From Mytilus trossulus (taxonomy: Eukaryota), in the NCBI RefSeq assembly GCF_036588685.1, contig NC_086381.1:24304001-24368000 (forward strand): 64,000 bases of DNA, given 5' to 3'. Made by a program: the position numbers and the translations under genes. Below the pieces are notes generated by a model. The model was given only the letters and a program-made list of their open reading frames with translations, had not been told where the DNA came from and did not search any database. Below, in pieces: positions 48,201 through 60,200 of the stretch. Each line of letters begins with the position of its first letter. The stretch's first letter is position 1.

Positions 48201-51200
48201 TTGTTGTAGGAATAGAACCAAACCCAGTTGGTTTAGTTAAACTGGCACCAAACTGGAAACCAGTTCCCAATGGTTTGGTCTCTGTAGTTGTTGCTGTTTT
48301 AGAATTAGGAGAATTACCAAATGCAAAACTTGCAACAGATGGCTTGTTTTCTGTTGTTAAAGATGTTGGTGACATAAGAGAATTTCCAAGGGGAAATGTT
48401 GGAGCTGTTTCTGTAAAAAAAAATAAAATACTATTTTACGAAAAACTGGTCGGACATCAAACAAATAAATTTGACATCTATTATGGGTTGAGAACAGTTA
48501 ATTTCAAATAGAGGTGTGCCAATGTGTATACATCGCTAAGGTTTCATTCGATTTTGAAGACAAAATTAAAACCAGATGTTTTGCCCGAGTAATTGATCCC
48601 AGACTCATTTAGGGGATTAGTTTTGATTATCAAATTGACAGGAAATCCTCAGCTTTTTATTTTTTCACCTTTGGCAGTGTTTGAATATTAATGATAATGC
48701 TTGCAAGTTGTTTTTTTATAGCATGAAATCATTGTCCATTTTACGATTAAGTGGTCTAATCTGCGAAAGAGAATTTCCGCCATATTACATAGTAAACAAA
48801 ATTGTTTGTGTGTCAAGTAAAAATTACTTTTTCCACGTAAATTAGTTTTAATTTGATTTTAAATCAAAATTGACAATTGTATTAGCTGAAAAGTAATTAA
48901 TTAATGAAGACCATGGAATTTTAATTTCTTTATAATATTAGTTCTGAGCTTGTGATCATTTCTCAGGTGTAAATTAAAAACACAGGTAAAGAGATTGGCA
49001 ATCTTTAGCCAATATTTCCCTGAGGCATTTTAAAATATAGTTTTAAGGTGGGCGCTCAGGATTTAACAGTATACTGGAGTGGCAGTTTTATTACAGGAAT
49101 GGGATAACAAGACAAAAACAAGTGCAAAATGGCGATCAATGGCAATGAAGAAACCCAATTTTAACGAAATGACCAAATTATTTCTGTAAACAAACAAAAT
49201 TTTTCCCAAATCCCAATCTGTTGTTTAGCACAAGTAGATTTCAGAATCAGTCATGTTCGCAAATATAACCGTTTCTGGACCCTTGCTCATCTCCTAATTC
49301 AATTTTTACCCTCAGAATCGATGTCAGTTAATATCCCACAAATTATAAAAAACACACCAGATTTAAAGATTATTGAATTTACAGTGGTTTTACAGGACTT
49401 ACTTGTGTCTGTTTCTCCTTTTGATTTCTCTCCAGTTTCTGTTTTCTCTCCATCTTTATTTTTCATTATTTCTTCTAAATGTTTCTCGTAGTCTTTAAAT
49501 ACAGGAGTCAATATACAAAATGGATTCTTATCAACATGACTTTTTATCCATGATAATACACTTTCATTCAAATTTTTCAAACTTGACAAATAAGAGCCTT
49601 TCTTTTTCTCAGCACCATTTGATGCTGGAAGTGTCTTTGCTTGTCCATTTTCAGATTCTTTTGTTTTCTCTGTTTGTTTTTCATCTTTTTCCGACCCACC
49701 ATTAGTGACTGATCTAACATTAAAAGAGAATGGCGTACTAGCTGCTGTAGGTTTGAAACTAAAACCAGAAAACCCACTGAATTCTTTGTTCTAAAAAGAA
49801 AGAAAGGCTTTTAATATCAAATCTATGACTGAAATTTATTAATATTAGTTGCTTAAGGGGACAAACTATAAAGAAATAAAAACTTAAGGATGAACTCATA
49901 TCACTCTATTTTGTATCAATGACGTACAAATGTATATATTTCTTTTACAAAGTATTTAAAAGATTACAGGTAATGTACATGTACAATTTAATTTCACAAG
50001 AAGACTTTTCACCTTTCCATTACACATTAATCCGTGAAAAAGATAGTTATTCTCTTATTACAACTTTCCACAACTGCAAGTACATGTAACTAGCACAATA
50101 CCTGAACTGGACCTGCACCTCTCCTTTTTCCTTTTAGAATTTGTCTTCCTTTTAATGATTCTTCAGTGGCAAGCTGGATTTCCCCTGCCTGAAATTTAAA
50201 AATTTGTAAAGTTAAAAATACAGTGTTATAGACTATCATAGTATCTAATTTATTATTACAAAATGTATGCACTTATCTACATGTTTTCAGGTGTACACAA
50301 CATGTTTAATAAATATGGTATGTGGATAAGCAACTCCTTATTTGTGATTATATATATATAACAGGTCAACTATTTTATGTCAGATTGAACTACTTTTGCA
50401 TACATGTTGTAAATGTCTATGGTGGTATCCATAATCTATAAATAGAATAAATTACTCAGTAATCAGTGTAGATCTTTATACATAACGTGACGGTACCCAA
50501 ATTGCACCTATTTTGACAGTTTTTTCACCTACATTTTTTTATGATCAGGAAAAAAATGTCCATACTGTGTTTATTTTGTAGCCCTATCCTTCTTTGTCAT
50601 ATAGGTACACCCATTTAATTTTTGGTCCATATTGAGTCATTAAAAAATGGGTTTGAATCAACCTCCAAACTATCCATGATTCTGTAATGAGGAGTACCCA
50701 AATATGCATCCATGCTTAAATTTACATCATCAAAAGTCTAATAACCGAGCTTTTGTTTAATTTCTTCAAATATTTTGAACAATTGGATATTTGTCCATGC
50801 TTACTATTCATATTTTACGAAATGGATACTTATAATATATTGTATTTGCCAATTTTAAAAAGATGACGTTTTGATGACGTCGCATGGTGACGTTTTCGTA
50901 CATTTTGTTTTTTTCAGTAAACAGTCCATCTGTTGATAAATACTGTGACATTTGTGTATAACTAAATATGATTACCTATGTTGAAAGAAGGGCATAGTAT
51001 CAAATCATAAAAATACAACTTGTTTAGTCTCTAGGAAATCTTGTAAGATTTTTATTGCTATTTTTTTCTAAATAGGTGCAATTTGGGTACTCGGTGCAAT
51101 TTGGGTACCCTTACGTTATACATGCAAATTTTGAGACAGGAATATAAATCATTAGTTGTGACTTTTCATTCATTGTCATTGAAATGAAGAACATTCTTTT

Positions 51201-51356
51201 ACCTTATTTTGCAAACCTGGTGCTTAAAAAATTCCATGAAACAAATATTACCAACATATGAATTAGTAAGTAAAATCCCTAACTAACCTCTTCTGGTTCA
51301 TCTTCATCGTCCCAATTTCTGTCAGTTAATTCTTTATCTGCTCGTCTCTTTGCCAT
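42276..51356 (-). CDS. NUP50: Nuclear pore complex protein Nup50, 437 aa
   Basis: Exons 51356-51288, 50188-50102, 49790-49403, 48410-48042, 47117-47042, 43151-43036, 42484-42276 (GT-AG, phases consistent). N-terminus [52 protein letters not shown] repeats, C-terminal Ran-binding domain ([18 protein letters not shown]...[13 protein letters not shown]). Confidence 0.95.
43819..46582. mobile_element. Nested Helentron/HINE-like elements with internal satellite arrays
   Basis: Host element with about 160-bp repeats interrupted at 44333-46300 by a second element containing about 130-bp (45060-45590) and about 161-bp (45600-46210) tandem arrays, a (GAC)n tract and a terminal TATACGAC..GTCGTATA palindrome. 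Confidence 0.75.
50483..51118. mobile_element. Non-autonomous DNA transposon with 4-bp TSD in a NUP50 intron
   Basis: TIR TAACGTGACGGTACCCAAATTGCACC / GGTGCAATTTGGGTACCCTTACGTTA; TACA duplicated at 50479-50482 and 51119-51122. Confidence 0.8.
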
Positions 51357-51506
51357 ATTTTAGTTAAAGATAATTATCTAAAAGAAAGATAAAATTGAAA
51401 TTGATTATTCAAATAAAATTTCATCTGATGTTAGGCAGATTAAACATGTTAGCAGGATCCTGACCCTCCCCCTAATCTGGGACATCAAGTTCATTACTAG
51501 TCTGCA

Positions 51507-51685
51507 AGCTTTCTCAACATTCAGAACTATTTGAATGAGCTTTTTCAACGTTAAGCACTTTTTTATGAGCTTTCTCAATGTTCATGACTATTTTAGAGAG
51601 CTTTCTCAAAGTTCAGCACTATTCTATTAGCTTTCTCAACATTTCAGCACTAGTTTGTGACTTTCTTAACGTTCAGCACGATTTT
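51507..51685. repeat. Minisatellite, about 31-bp unit x6
   Basis: AGCTTTCTCAACGTTCAGCACTATT-type unit repeated. Confidence 0.75.
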
Positions 51686-53047
51686 CATTCAACAAACTTA
51701 TTCACTGAGTACAAAAATATGAGAAATGCTTCAGTATTAACCATCTGATCGAAAGAAGTACTTTCAAAGCTCAACCATTTATATAGAACACTATAGTGTA
51801 ATCCAAATTGGCCGACCAGACCCTGAAGAGTAAATAAAATTGAGAATGGAAATGGGGGAATGTGTAAAGAGCCCTTTAATAATAATTAAAGCTTTTGCAA
51901 TACACCTTATCGCTATTTGTCTGCCATTGATTACCATGATTTCTGGATATCACACAGGTTCCCATAAAATTTTAACGTCATAAAACAAAATATCTGACGC
52001 CACAATTGAAATGTAATTATTGTATGACATCAAAAATTCAAGCGGTAGGGTCAGCAGTGATAAATTTAGCGATATGAAAGTGCTTTATACTAAGTTCAAA
52101 AGAAATAAAATACATGAAGAGAGGAAAACTTGTATTCAATTAACCTTAATTTATCCAATCTTATTCTATCTATCTACAATGTGCCATGATTTAAAACTCT
52201 TACAGTTGCACGTGGTTTATCTTACTCAAAATAGTATTTTTTTATGTTTAAATACGGCCATATTTGCCAGTCAATAGGATACCTCTTGTGGAAATTTGAC
52301 GTCGAGAAAAGCAGTACACACCTCTTCGTACTTTCAAATGATTATATATGATGTAATTGACTACTGCTATCCTTGAAATTAACACAATTTGGTTTCTTCA
52401 AAGGTCTATCGAGTCAAATTTTAATATTTCTACAGTTCAATTTTTTGCAGAATGATCCCCATGGAGGCTGACATGTTGGAAATCATTACGCCTATAAGTA
52501 AAAGGGAAACTGTTAAGAATTTTTTAGGTCTATGTCTTAAGTTTATCAAACTGATATACACATTTTTTCGTATTGTTGTTGTTAATTGTATTTTGTTAAG
52601 TTTCGATCATTTAATGTTTGATATATATGGAAATTAAATTTATTTAAAAAAATATTTTTAAAAAGTAGTCCAAGAAAACGTTTCGGTCAACAAAAATTGA
52701 GGTGCTCCACAAAAGACAGGATGAATATAACAGAAAGTACGCATAAAAAACTTTGCATTCGACCTTTTTATATGCTAGAGAACTCTATTTTGAATAAAGC
52801 CTTACAGACCTCTAAAGATTTAGATAATAAAAATCACAACAGTTGGTATAACAGTGTCAGACACATATGTAAAATTAATAATCTGTATCGGGTCAGAAAA
52901 TGTTTACTTAGTTGTTTTTGAAATAGCCTATATAAAATCTGGGGCGCGGAAAGAGGGGGTGCCCCCAGCCCCCCGCCCCCCCCCCCCCCCCCGAACCCGC
53001 TTATGAACAACCCCATCATTGAAGGAAGGAATAAAAACAACATAAAT

Positions 53048-53343
53048 CTTTTTTATGCCCCACCTACGATAGTAGAGGGGCATTATGTTTTCTGGTCTGT
53101 GCCTCCGTTCGTCCGTCTGCGCGTCCGTGCGTCCGTTCGCTTCAGGTTAAAGTTTTTGGTCAAAGTAGTTTTTAAAGAAGTTGAAGTCCAATCAACTTGA
53201 AACTTAGTACACATGTTTCCTATGATATGATCTTTCTAATTTTATTTCAAAATTAAAGTTTTGACCCCAATTTCACGGTCTACAGAACATAGAAAATGAT
53301 AGTGCGAGTAGGGCATCCGTGTACTATGGACACATTCTTGTTT
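53048..53343. mobile_element. Short HINE-like element (copy 1; copy 2 at 60810-61087)
   Basis: TTTTTATGCCCCACCTACGATAGTAGAGGGGCA palindrome, (CCGT)n tract, end ACACATTCTTGTTT; highly similar copy in a PHF21 intron. Confidence 0.75.
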
Positions 53344-53439
53344 GTACATGCGTTAAATCAATAAAGCAGGATAACATTAAGGTTGTATCACTAAAGAAAC
53401 AATGACAGCTCATAAACGCAAATAAGGAGAAGACCCAAC

Positions 53440-54900
53440 TTGGTTCTTCTGAAGCCATTTGCGTCTGTCTAATAAAGGAAACAACACAAACATAACCCAA
53501 AACACACATCAGGGTAAAAGACTCGATATATCAAATTACCATCAGAACAGAAAGAGTGAAAAACTGCTGCAAACCATCAACCCATCCAAAGCTTCTGGCC
53601 CACTCAATATACCAAATAGAGTACTGGTGACCTTCTGCTGTTGTTTTTTCTATGGTCGGGTTGTTGTCTCTTTGATACATTCCCCATTTCCATTCTCAAT
53701 TTTACTGAAACAATGCGCCGAACATCTGGCACACCGATACTAACATCAATATTGCAGCTATACCTAGACAGTGGTACTCTACTAGAGGACTTGAGAAATG
53801 CTAACATCTCTAGGATCTTTAAGAAAGGAGGCAGACATGCGGCTGAAAACTATAGGCCAGTCTCGTTAACATCAGTACAATGTAAGCTACTTGAGCACCT
53901 TATATGCGGACATATGCTTGCTTAAACACCATGAAATGCATAATGTATTGACTTCTTTAAAACATGGCTTTAGATCTGGATATTCTAGGGGATACCTAAT
54001 TTACATCCCAATCATACGACAAGGGAAACCGAGTAGACCGTCAATGCGATCCTGGATTTATCGAAGACTTCGACACTGTACCTCATGATGGACTCCTGCA
54101 CAAAATAAATCAACATGAAATATCCACAAATGGCTAACTTAATTCCTAACTGAAAGAAAAATGCGAGTCCAACTAGAAAATGTAGAAGGAGAACACTCAA
54201 CTAATGCCTCAGTTGAATCCGGAGTCCCCAAGGAACAGATCCAGGATCCATCCTTTTTTTGTCACATAAATGATCTTCCAGATGCATTAAACTCGTCAGA
54301 CCGAGTATTTGCAGGCGACTGCTTGTGGTACAGGGACATAAAAAAAACAAAAAACCAAAATGAACATAACAAACTACAAGAAGATCTCAAATCACTAGAA
54401 AAATAGACCAACGACTGGGGTATGCGCTTTAACGCTAAAAATGCTTTATATATGCTAAAAAAAGGGGGAGGCTCTGCTAAGCCTATAAGCAAATTAAATA
54501 ACCACGTGCTAGAACAAGTGCCATTCAACAAACAAAGCCAGTTCCATGAACGCTAGGCTTCCTGATAAACAGACAACACTGCCCTAAGGAATGCCGTAAA
54601 ACAGCATATATAGCACTAATAAGATCCGTTATACAGTATGGATCAATTATCTAAGACCAATTTACGCAAAATAGACATAGATAAATTAGAATACATACAA
54701 AAGGGAGGGGTTCGATTCATCGCTAAAGACTACAAATCAAGAGAGAAAGGATGTATGACAAAAATTGCAACAACAATGATTGAATTTATTTTCAACGTGT
54801 TTAATGGGAAGATACCAGTGCTCCCTCTCATGGACGACCTTATTAAATTTCACAGACTCATTGGAAACGACACTAAGGGCTACAACCTTTAACAACTTTA
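53440..54900 (+). mobile_element. Degenerate CR1/L2-group LINE reverse transcriptase
   Basis: KASGPLNIPNRVL, IFKKGGRHAAENYRPVSLTSVQCKLLEH, HGFRSG, LDLSKT.DTVPH, SGVPK, HINDLP, FAGDCL, WGMRFNA; many frameshifts; interrupted by a family A repeat at 53625-53702. Confidence 0.85.
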
Positions 54901-55301
54901 TCACCAAGAACATGCGCACTGTAGTAGAGTGGTCTAGATGAGTCGATAGTGTGCGTCCCTATAACTGACGGGAGCCTTTAAACTGCACTCCTCAGGAAGC
55001 GCAACTAACTTGTGCGCAGACCAACCGTCACACAATCATGCCGAAAGGAATCTGTGACATATCCATCCACACACAGAATTTCATTTTGGGAATACAAATA
55101 CAGATACTTTGACAAGATGTAATTTTTGCTTTTAAAGAAGACAGCAATTATTTAATACAGTGGTTTTCTTCAAATAAAATACAGGCCAATCTTTAGTGTT
55201 TTAGTTCTTCTAGCCACGGCTGTTTGCTGTTGCTAATTTTACGTAGCTGTGTGTCCATCCAAGGGTGGCTGTATCTCTCTTTGGTCTCTTTAGTTGGTAC
55301 G

Positions 55302-55557
55302 NNNNNNNNNNNNNNNNNNNNNNNNNNNNNNNNNNNNNNNNNNNNNNNNNNNNNNNNNNNNNNNNNNNNNNNNNNNNNNNNNNNNNNNNNNNNNNNNNNN
55401 NNNNNNNNNNNNNNNNNNNNNNNNNNNNNNNNNNNNNNNNNNNNNNNNNNNNNNNNNNNNNNNNNNNNNNNNNNNNNNNNNNNNNNNNNNNNNNNNNNNN
55501 NNNNNNNNNNNNNNNNNNNNNNNNNNNNNNNNNNNNNNNNNNNNNNNNNNNNNNNNN
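55302..55557. other. Assembly gap (N run)
   Basis: Run of n characters. Confidence 0.99.
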
Positions 55558-55619
55558 TAACTCAATTAGAAATAGTCTAATTTTCATTGAGGCCCTCAAA
55601 CAAAATACCTGCATACAGT

Positions 55620-56445
55620 TAACATTGATACATTAAATTACAATATATATTACTAGTATATACAACAATACAATCATTGAAATATACAAAGGGTAATAAA
55701 TGACAATATTTGATTTAGTTTTGTTAAAGAAAAACAAATTATTTGACTTGCATATAATTTTCAAGAAAATTATTATAACTATGTTTCTTGAATAATTCCA
55801 CATTAGGACATTTTTTTTATTTCGAGTGGTAAATTATTCCATACTTTGGTTGCAGAGTAATGAAAAGATTTTTTATATAAATTTGTATTTGGTCTTGGAA
55901 CGAAAAGATCATTATTAGAGACAGATCGTAAGTTGTGGCGTTGCACATCATCAATATTTAGAATTGCTAAGTAATCAGGTGTAAGCCCATTTGCAATTTT
56001 ATACATTAAAATTGATTGTTGGTATTTTATTTTTTTGGTAAAAGATAGCCATTTTAAAGAAGAAAACATGAAATTAGATGGAATAGAAATATCGCATTCA
56101 AGTATAATTCTTGCTACTCTTTTTTGAAGTTTTATGATTTTATCTGAATCTTTTTGTAATAAATTTCCCCAAACTGAACTACAATAGTCTATATATGGTA
56201 GAATATATGCATTATAAAATAGTTGCCTTGTGTGTATTGGCAAATATACTTTAATTTTATATAAAAGTGATACTTTAGATGAGATTATTTTACATACACG
56301 ATCAACATGATCTTCCCAGCTTAAATTTTCATCAATGTCAATTCCAAGTAATTTAAAAGCCGAATGGACATCTCAATACATGTTTCGTTGACGGTAATGC
56401 ATAATTCTGATAGTTGTTTAAGTTTTGGTTTTGAACCCAACATTC
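55620..56445 (-). mobile_element. 3' end of a CR1/L2-group LINE (RT C-terminus)
   Basis: FKLLGIDIDENLSWEDHVDRVCKIISS...FYNAYILPYIDYCSSVWG...LQKRVARII...SFHYSATKVWNNLP. Confidence 0.85.
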
Positions 56446-56449
56446 ATGA

Positions 56450-56686
56450 TGATGTTCTTGAAATAATTCCACATTGTGTTGATATCACTTAAGTTAGTGA
56501 TTTAAAATTCAGTGAAATTATCAGTAAGGCTTTTCTTGATTCCCTCTCCATATTGGCTTTTTTCCCAGAGGTTGATGGTTCTAAACTGGTTGTTTTTTTT
56601 GGTCTTGTTACTTTAGCTGCTAGCGTGGCCCAATAGTACGATGATGTCGTGGTCACTGTTTCCGGATTGGAGGAAGTTAATCAACG
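56450..56686 (-). mobile_element. LINE endonuclease C-terminal fragment
   Basis: Minus strand GNSDHDIIVL...TINLWEKANM...INTMWNYFKNI; likely continues at 55205-55301 (VPTKETKERYSHPWMDTQLRK). Confidence 0.55.
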
Positions 56687-57254
56687 GTGAGTTTTTTTTA
56701 TCTTTAAAATTTCATATTTTGGTCTTTTGTGGATAGTTGTCTCATTGGCAATCATACCACATCTTCTTTTTATATAAGGAACATGTATTTGTAGTTGTAA
56801 ATCATTAATAATTTCTGAGACTAGTATTACACAGTACAGTGTTTAGTGTCAAGTGGTCTCATATATTAAATTTCAACGGATTTAAGAATATTAACGACCA
56901 TTCTCCAGATTGTATTCGCTAACACGTTTACACGTAGTGGAGCACAGTGGTTCGACTGTCGATGCATCCGCGTATAAAAATAATTCTGTGCAAAAAATGT
57001 TTCAGTTCAATAATAAGGTAAATTACTATACTTTTTCTGATTTTTTATATACAAATGGTTCATAATATGACATCTTTTTTAACTATATATGCCATATTTA
57101 AATTTAAAAAAAACTTTAGCACATTCTCCGCAAAACGGAAGAGGTCAGTGATCGTTATGTGCCCGTGATGTGTTGCTCTGTGTAATTTTCTTGTTTTTAA
57201 GGAAAAAAATAATTAAAACAGAGTAAAATATTTCTGTTGATTCCGATATATTCT

Positions 57255-60200
57255 ATGATGACAACTCCAGAGCTAGAATTAATTCAAGTGCAGCTGAAGT
57301 CGGCTATTCAAAATCATCAGGTAAAAACAACCAATGGTTTTCAAATGCAACTTTCTTATTTTCATATCGCAAAACAAAGTTGTGTATTAAATTTTGCATC
57401 GAGTAAACATTTATTGCTGTTAATTTTATTGTATATTATTTGAATATCTTTGAATATGAATTTATTTATTAATTGTTTCGTTGGTTTTATTTGTGTATTT
57501 TCCCAAAAATAACCAATATTTCTGTGTCGTTTCGTATGAGTGGTTATGAATGCGCACGTCACATTACACTATCATGGATAGTAAAAACAGATTTACAATA
57601 AAATTAATAATTAAAATATGATTTACTAGTATTTTGTACTTTTTATAATTTCAGATCCTGGTTTCTAAAATAAAGGCTGATCTACAGGTGAGGAAATTAA
57701 CGTATTTTTACTGAATCATTGTTGTACATTTTATATGCTTGGGTATTTATTGATTTTTGTTGGACAAAGTTTCATTTTCCAGTTACACTTATACAAGTGA
57801 TAATTTATGTATTTCTTTACAGAATGTGGAGCTAAAAACACAACTTCGTGATTTACAGAAACAGATTACAGTTTTAAGTGAAAAACAGGTAATTTAATTT
57901 GAATTTTAAAAAAAAGTAAATTTTAATTATATTTTTGTATCAGAAAAAGATATTTATTTTTGAAAATCTATGCAAAGTCACATTGTAGAGTGTTACCCTA
58001 ACTAAATATAATTTGCAGTTTATTTATTAACATCTTTTTTAACATAACTACGATAATCAGTCAGTTGCTGATCCTTAGCTCTTATTTTCTTATGACTTTT
58101 TTGACAATATGTGCACTAAAAAATTATAAGATCCTTAGAGCTTAAGGTCGGCAAATTGCCTAAAAATATGTTAAGGACCTAAGAGCTGTGGTCCCACAGC
58201 AAGATTAATCAGTTTTATGTTTATAAAGAGGCGTAAGAAATCAAAGGAATAGTTAAAACTATATATAGAAGGGTAAAAGTACCTGGTACTGCCCTCTAAA
58301 AAATGGACTGTTTATTATGAAAAGTTAATTTCTCCATATTAGGAGTGTGAAAAAGCCAAGAAGTTGAAATAATATTTGCCTAATGAGGCTTATGACATAT
58401 GAACTCTTACATCAAATCCACTTTAAAAGAAAGTAAAGGCATACAAAAATACTGTAAAATTGAAATGTTGCATCAATAAAAAAAAAAGAAGCATAATTTT
58501 TTATAGAAATTAATTATTTAAATTTCTTTGCAGAGGATTATAGTTCAGAGTTTGCGTAAAGATATTATAACAAAGAAATCACCAGTGTCAACCCAAATGA
58601 ATATTCAGGTAAATATCAGTTAAATTTTACCCTTGTCATGTAATCATTTATATATTATTATTTCCATTTGCATTAAATTTATTCATTTATACATTGGTTA
58701 CAATGAATTTCATTGATTTCCAAGTGAAATAAAAACCGATAATTTCACATGTGAAATAAACATGATTATTTCACTCCTCTGACGTCATACAACAATAGAA
58801 ATTGGTATAGTTTGAATAGCTTCAGTGAGCTTCACCTTTGATGGGGTCCAGTCGAAGGATATCTTTTTCTACATCTGATGTTTTAACAACTACTCAGGTT
58901 AAAATTTGAATTTAAACTATTCCAAGAAATGATAAAAAGAGATTTTTAGTTATAACAATTTTGAAATAATTTACTCTACATTTGTGCAATGTAATTTGCA
59001 ATATAACTAAATTCCTAGTGTGTGTTAAGAATAGCTCATCAATTTACTGAAAAGATTTTCCTATGTGAAGCATTAGGCATAAGAATAATATGTTTACCTC
59101 TTTTCCGCTACTTTTTCAAATCTGCTAGATATATGACAAATTTGGCAATGAAGGGATCAGACATGCTTTGAAGATTAAACCGATTTTAATTTTGACTCAA
59201 TAACTAAATCACTGTTGATATCAAATGTATATATTTTCTTGCAGCCTACTTGCCTACCACTTGGAGCCACAAGTATTGCCATTACAACAGTGCCACCAGC
59301 GGCACACGCTATGACTCAACCTGCTCATTTATTACTCCAGCCTGTTGTCAATCAACTCATTCCAACTGTATTTGCTGCTCAGTCTATTGGTCAACCAATC
59401 TCACCTCAAATATGTGCTATGCCCCAGTTTGTCCAATCTATTGGTCAGTTGGTGACATCATTACCACAACCAGCTCATATAAATCAACAAATCTTGCCAC
59501 AGCCAACGAACATACAAACAACTCCTGTTATTCCTATCCAGCCAGCCAGGATATTACCAGCACCTCTCCCTGTCTCTCTGATTCAAACAGCTGTTACTAA
59601 TGTGGTTAGCTCAGTTATAAAGACAGATAAATCTCAGCCATCTTCACCTTTACGAGTACCTCAGTATCCTAAGTCAAGGTCAACTTCACAGGTAAAATAT
59701 CTTGTATTATTATAAAATTTGCATATACTGGTATTTATAAATAGTCATCTGTATTAACATATATATGCATAAAAATATCTTACAATTTAAAAATTAAAGG
59801 TATATGAAATTATGGAGATGTGGTCGCATTGCCAATGAGCGACCATCTACTAGAAATAAAAAGAGAAAGTTTTAAACCTCCACAGGTGTCCATACAGTCT
59901 TCAAGTTCAACAATGAGAAAAACCCATACTTTAAATTTAAAATAATGAATACTTGTAGAAATTTCTATATAGAACATGTAGAATAAGATGTACATGTAAA
60001 GTGACAACTTGTATGCAACATTTCCATAAATCCATGTAAATTGATATTGTTTCAGGGTAGTTCTAAGTCATCCTACTCTACATCAATACAAAGGCAACCT
60101 TCATCTGATGATCTTGGTGATAGAACTGTTGATAAAAAACCAACTCCAGAAGAAAAAGAGGTATGTTTGTCAAGATATTCGTTTACATTGTAGTATAACC

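Noticed and set aside
48071-48511. 146-aa plus-strand ORF
   Set aside because: Antisense shadow of the NUP50 FG-repeat exon
55210-55636. Several ORFs with X runs
   Set aside because: Artefacts of translating through the N gap
55782-56474. About 20-bp similar sequences (TTCTTGAATAATTCCACATT) on either side of the LINE RT piece, suggesting a TSD
   Set aside because: Left copy lies inside the LINE's own reading-frame end and the tail continues past it
56520-56692. Possible upstream PHF21 exon ending at CG|GTGAGT (56686)
   Set aside because: Sequence is an antisense LINE endonuclease fragment; exonisation cannot be supported without transcripts
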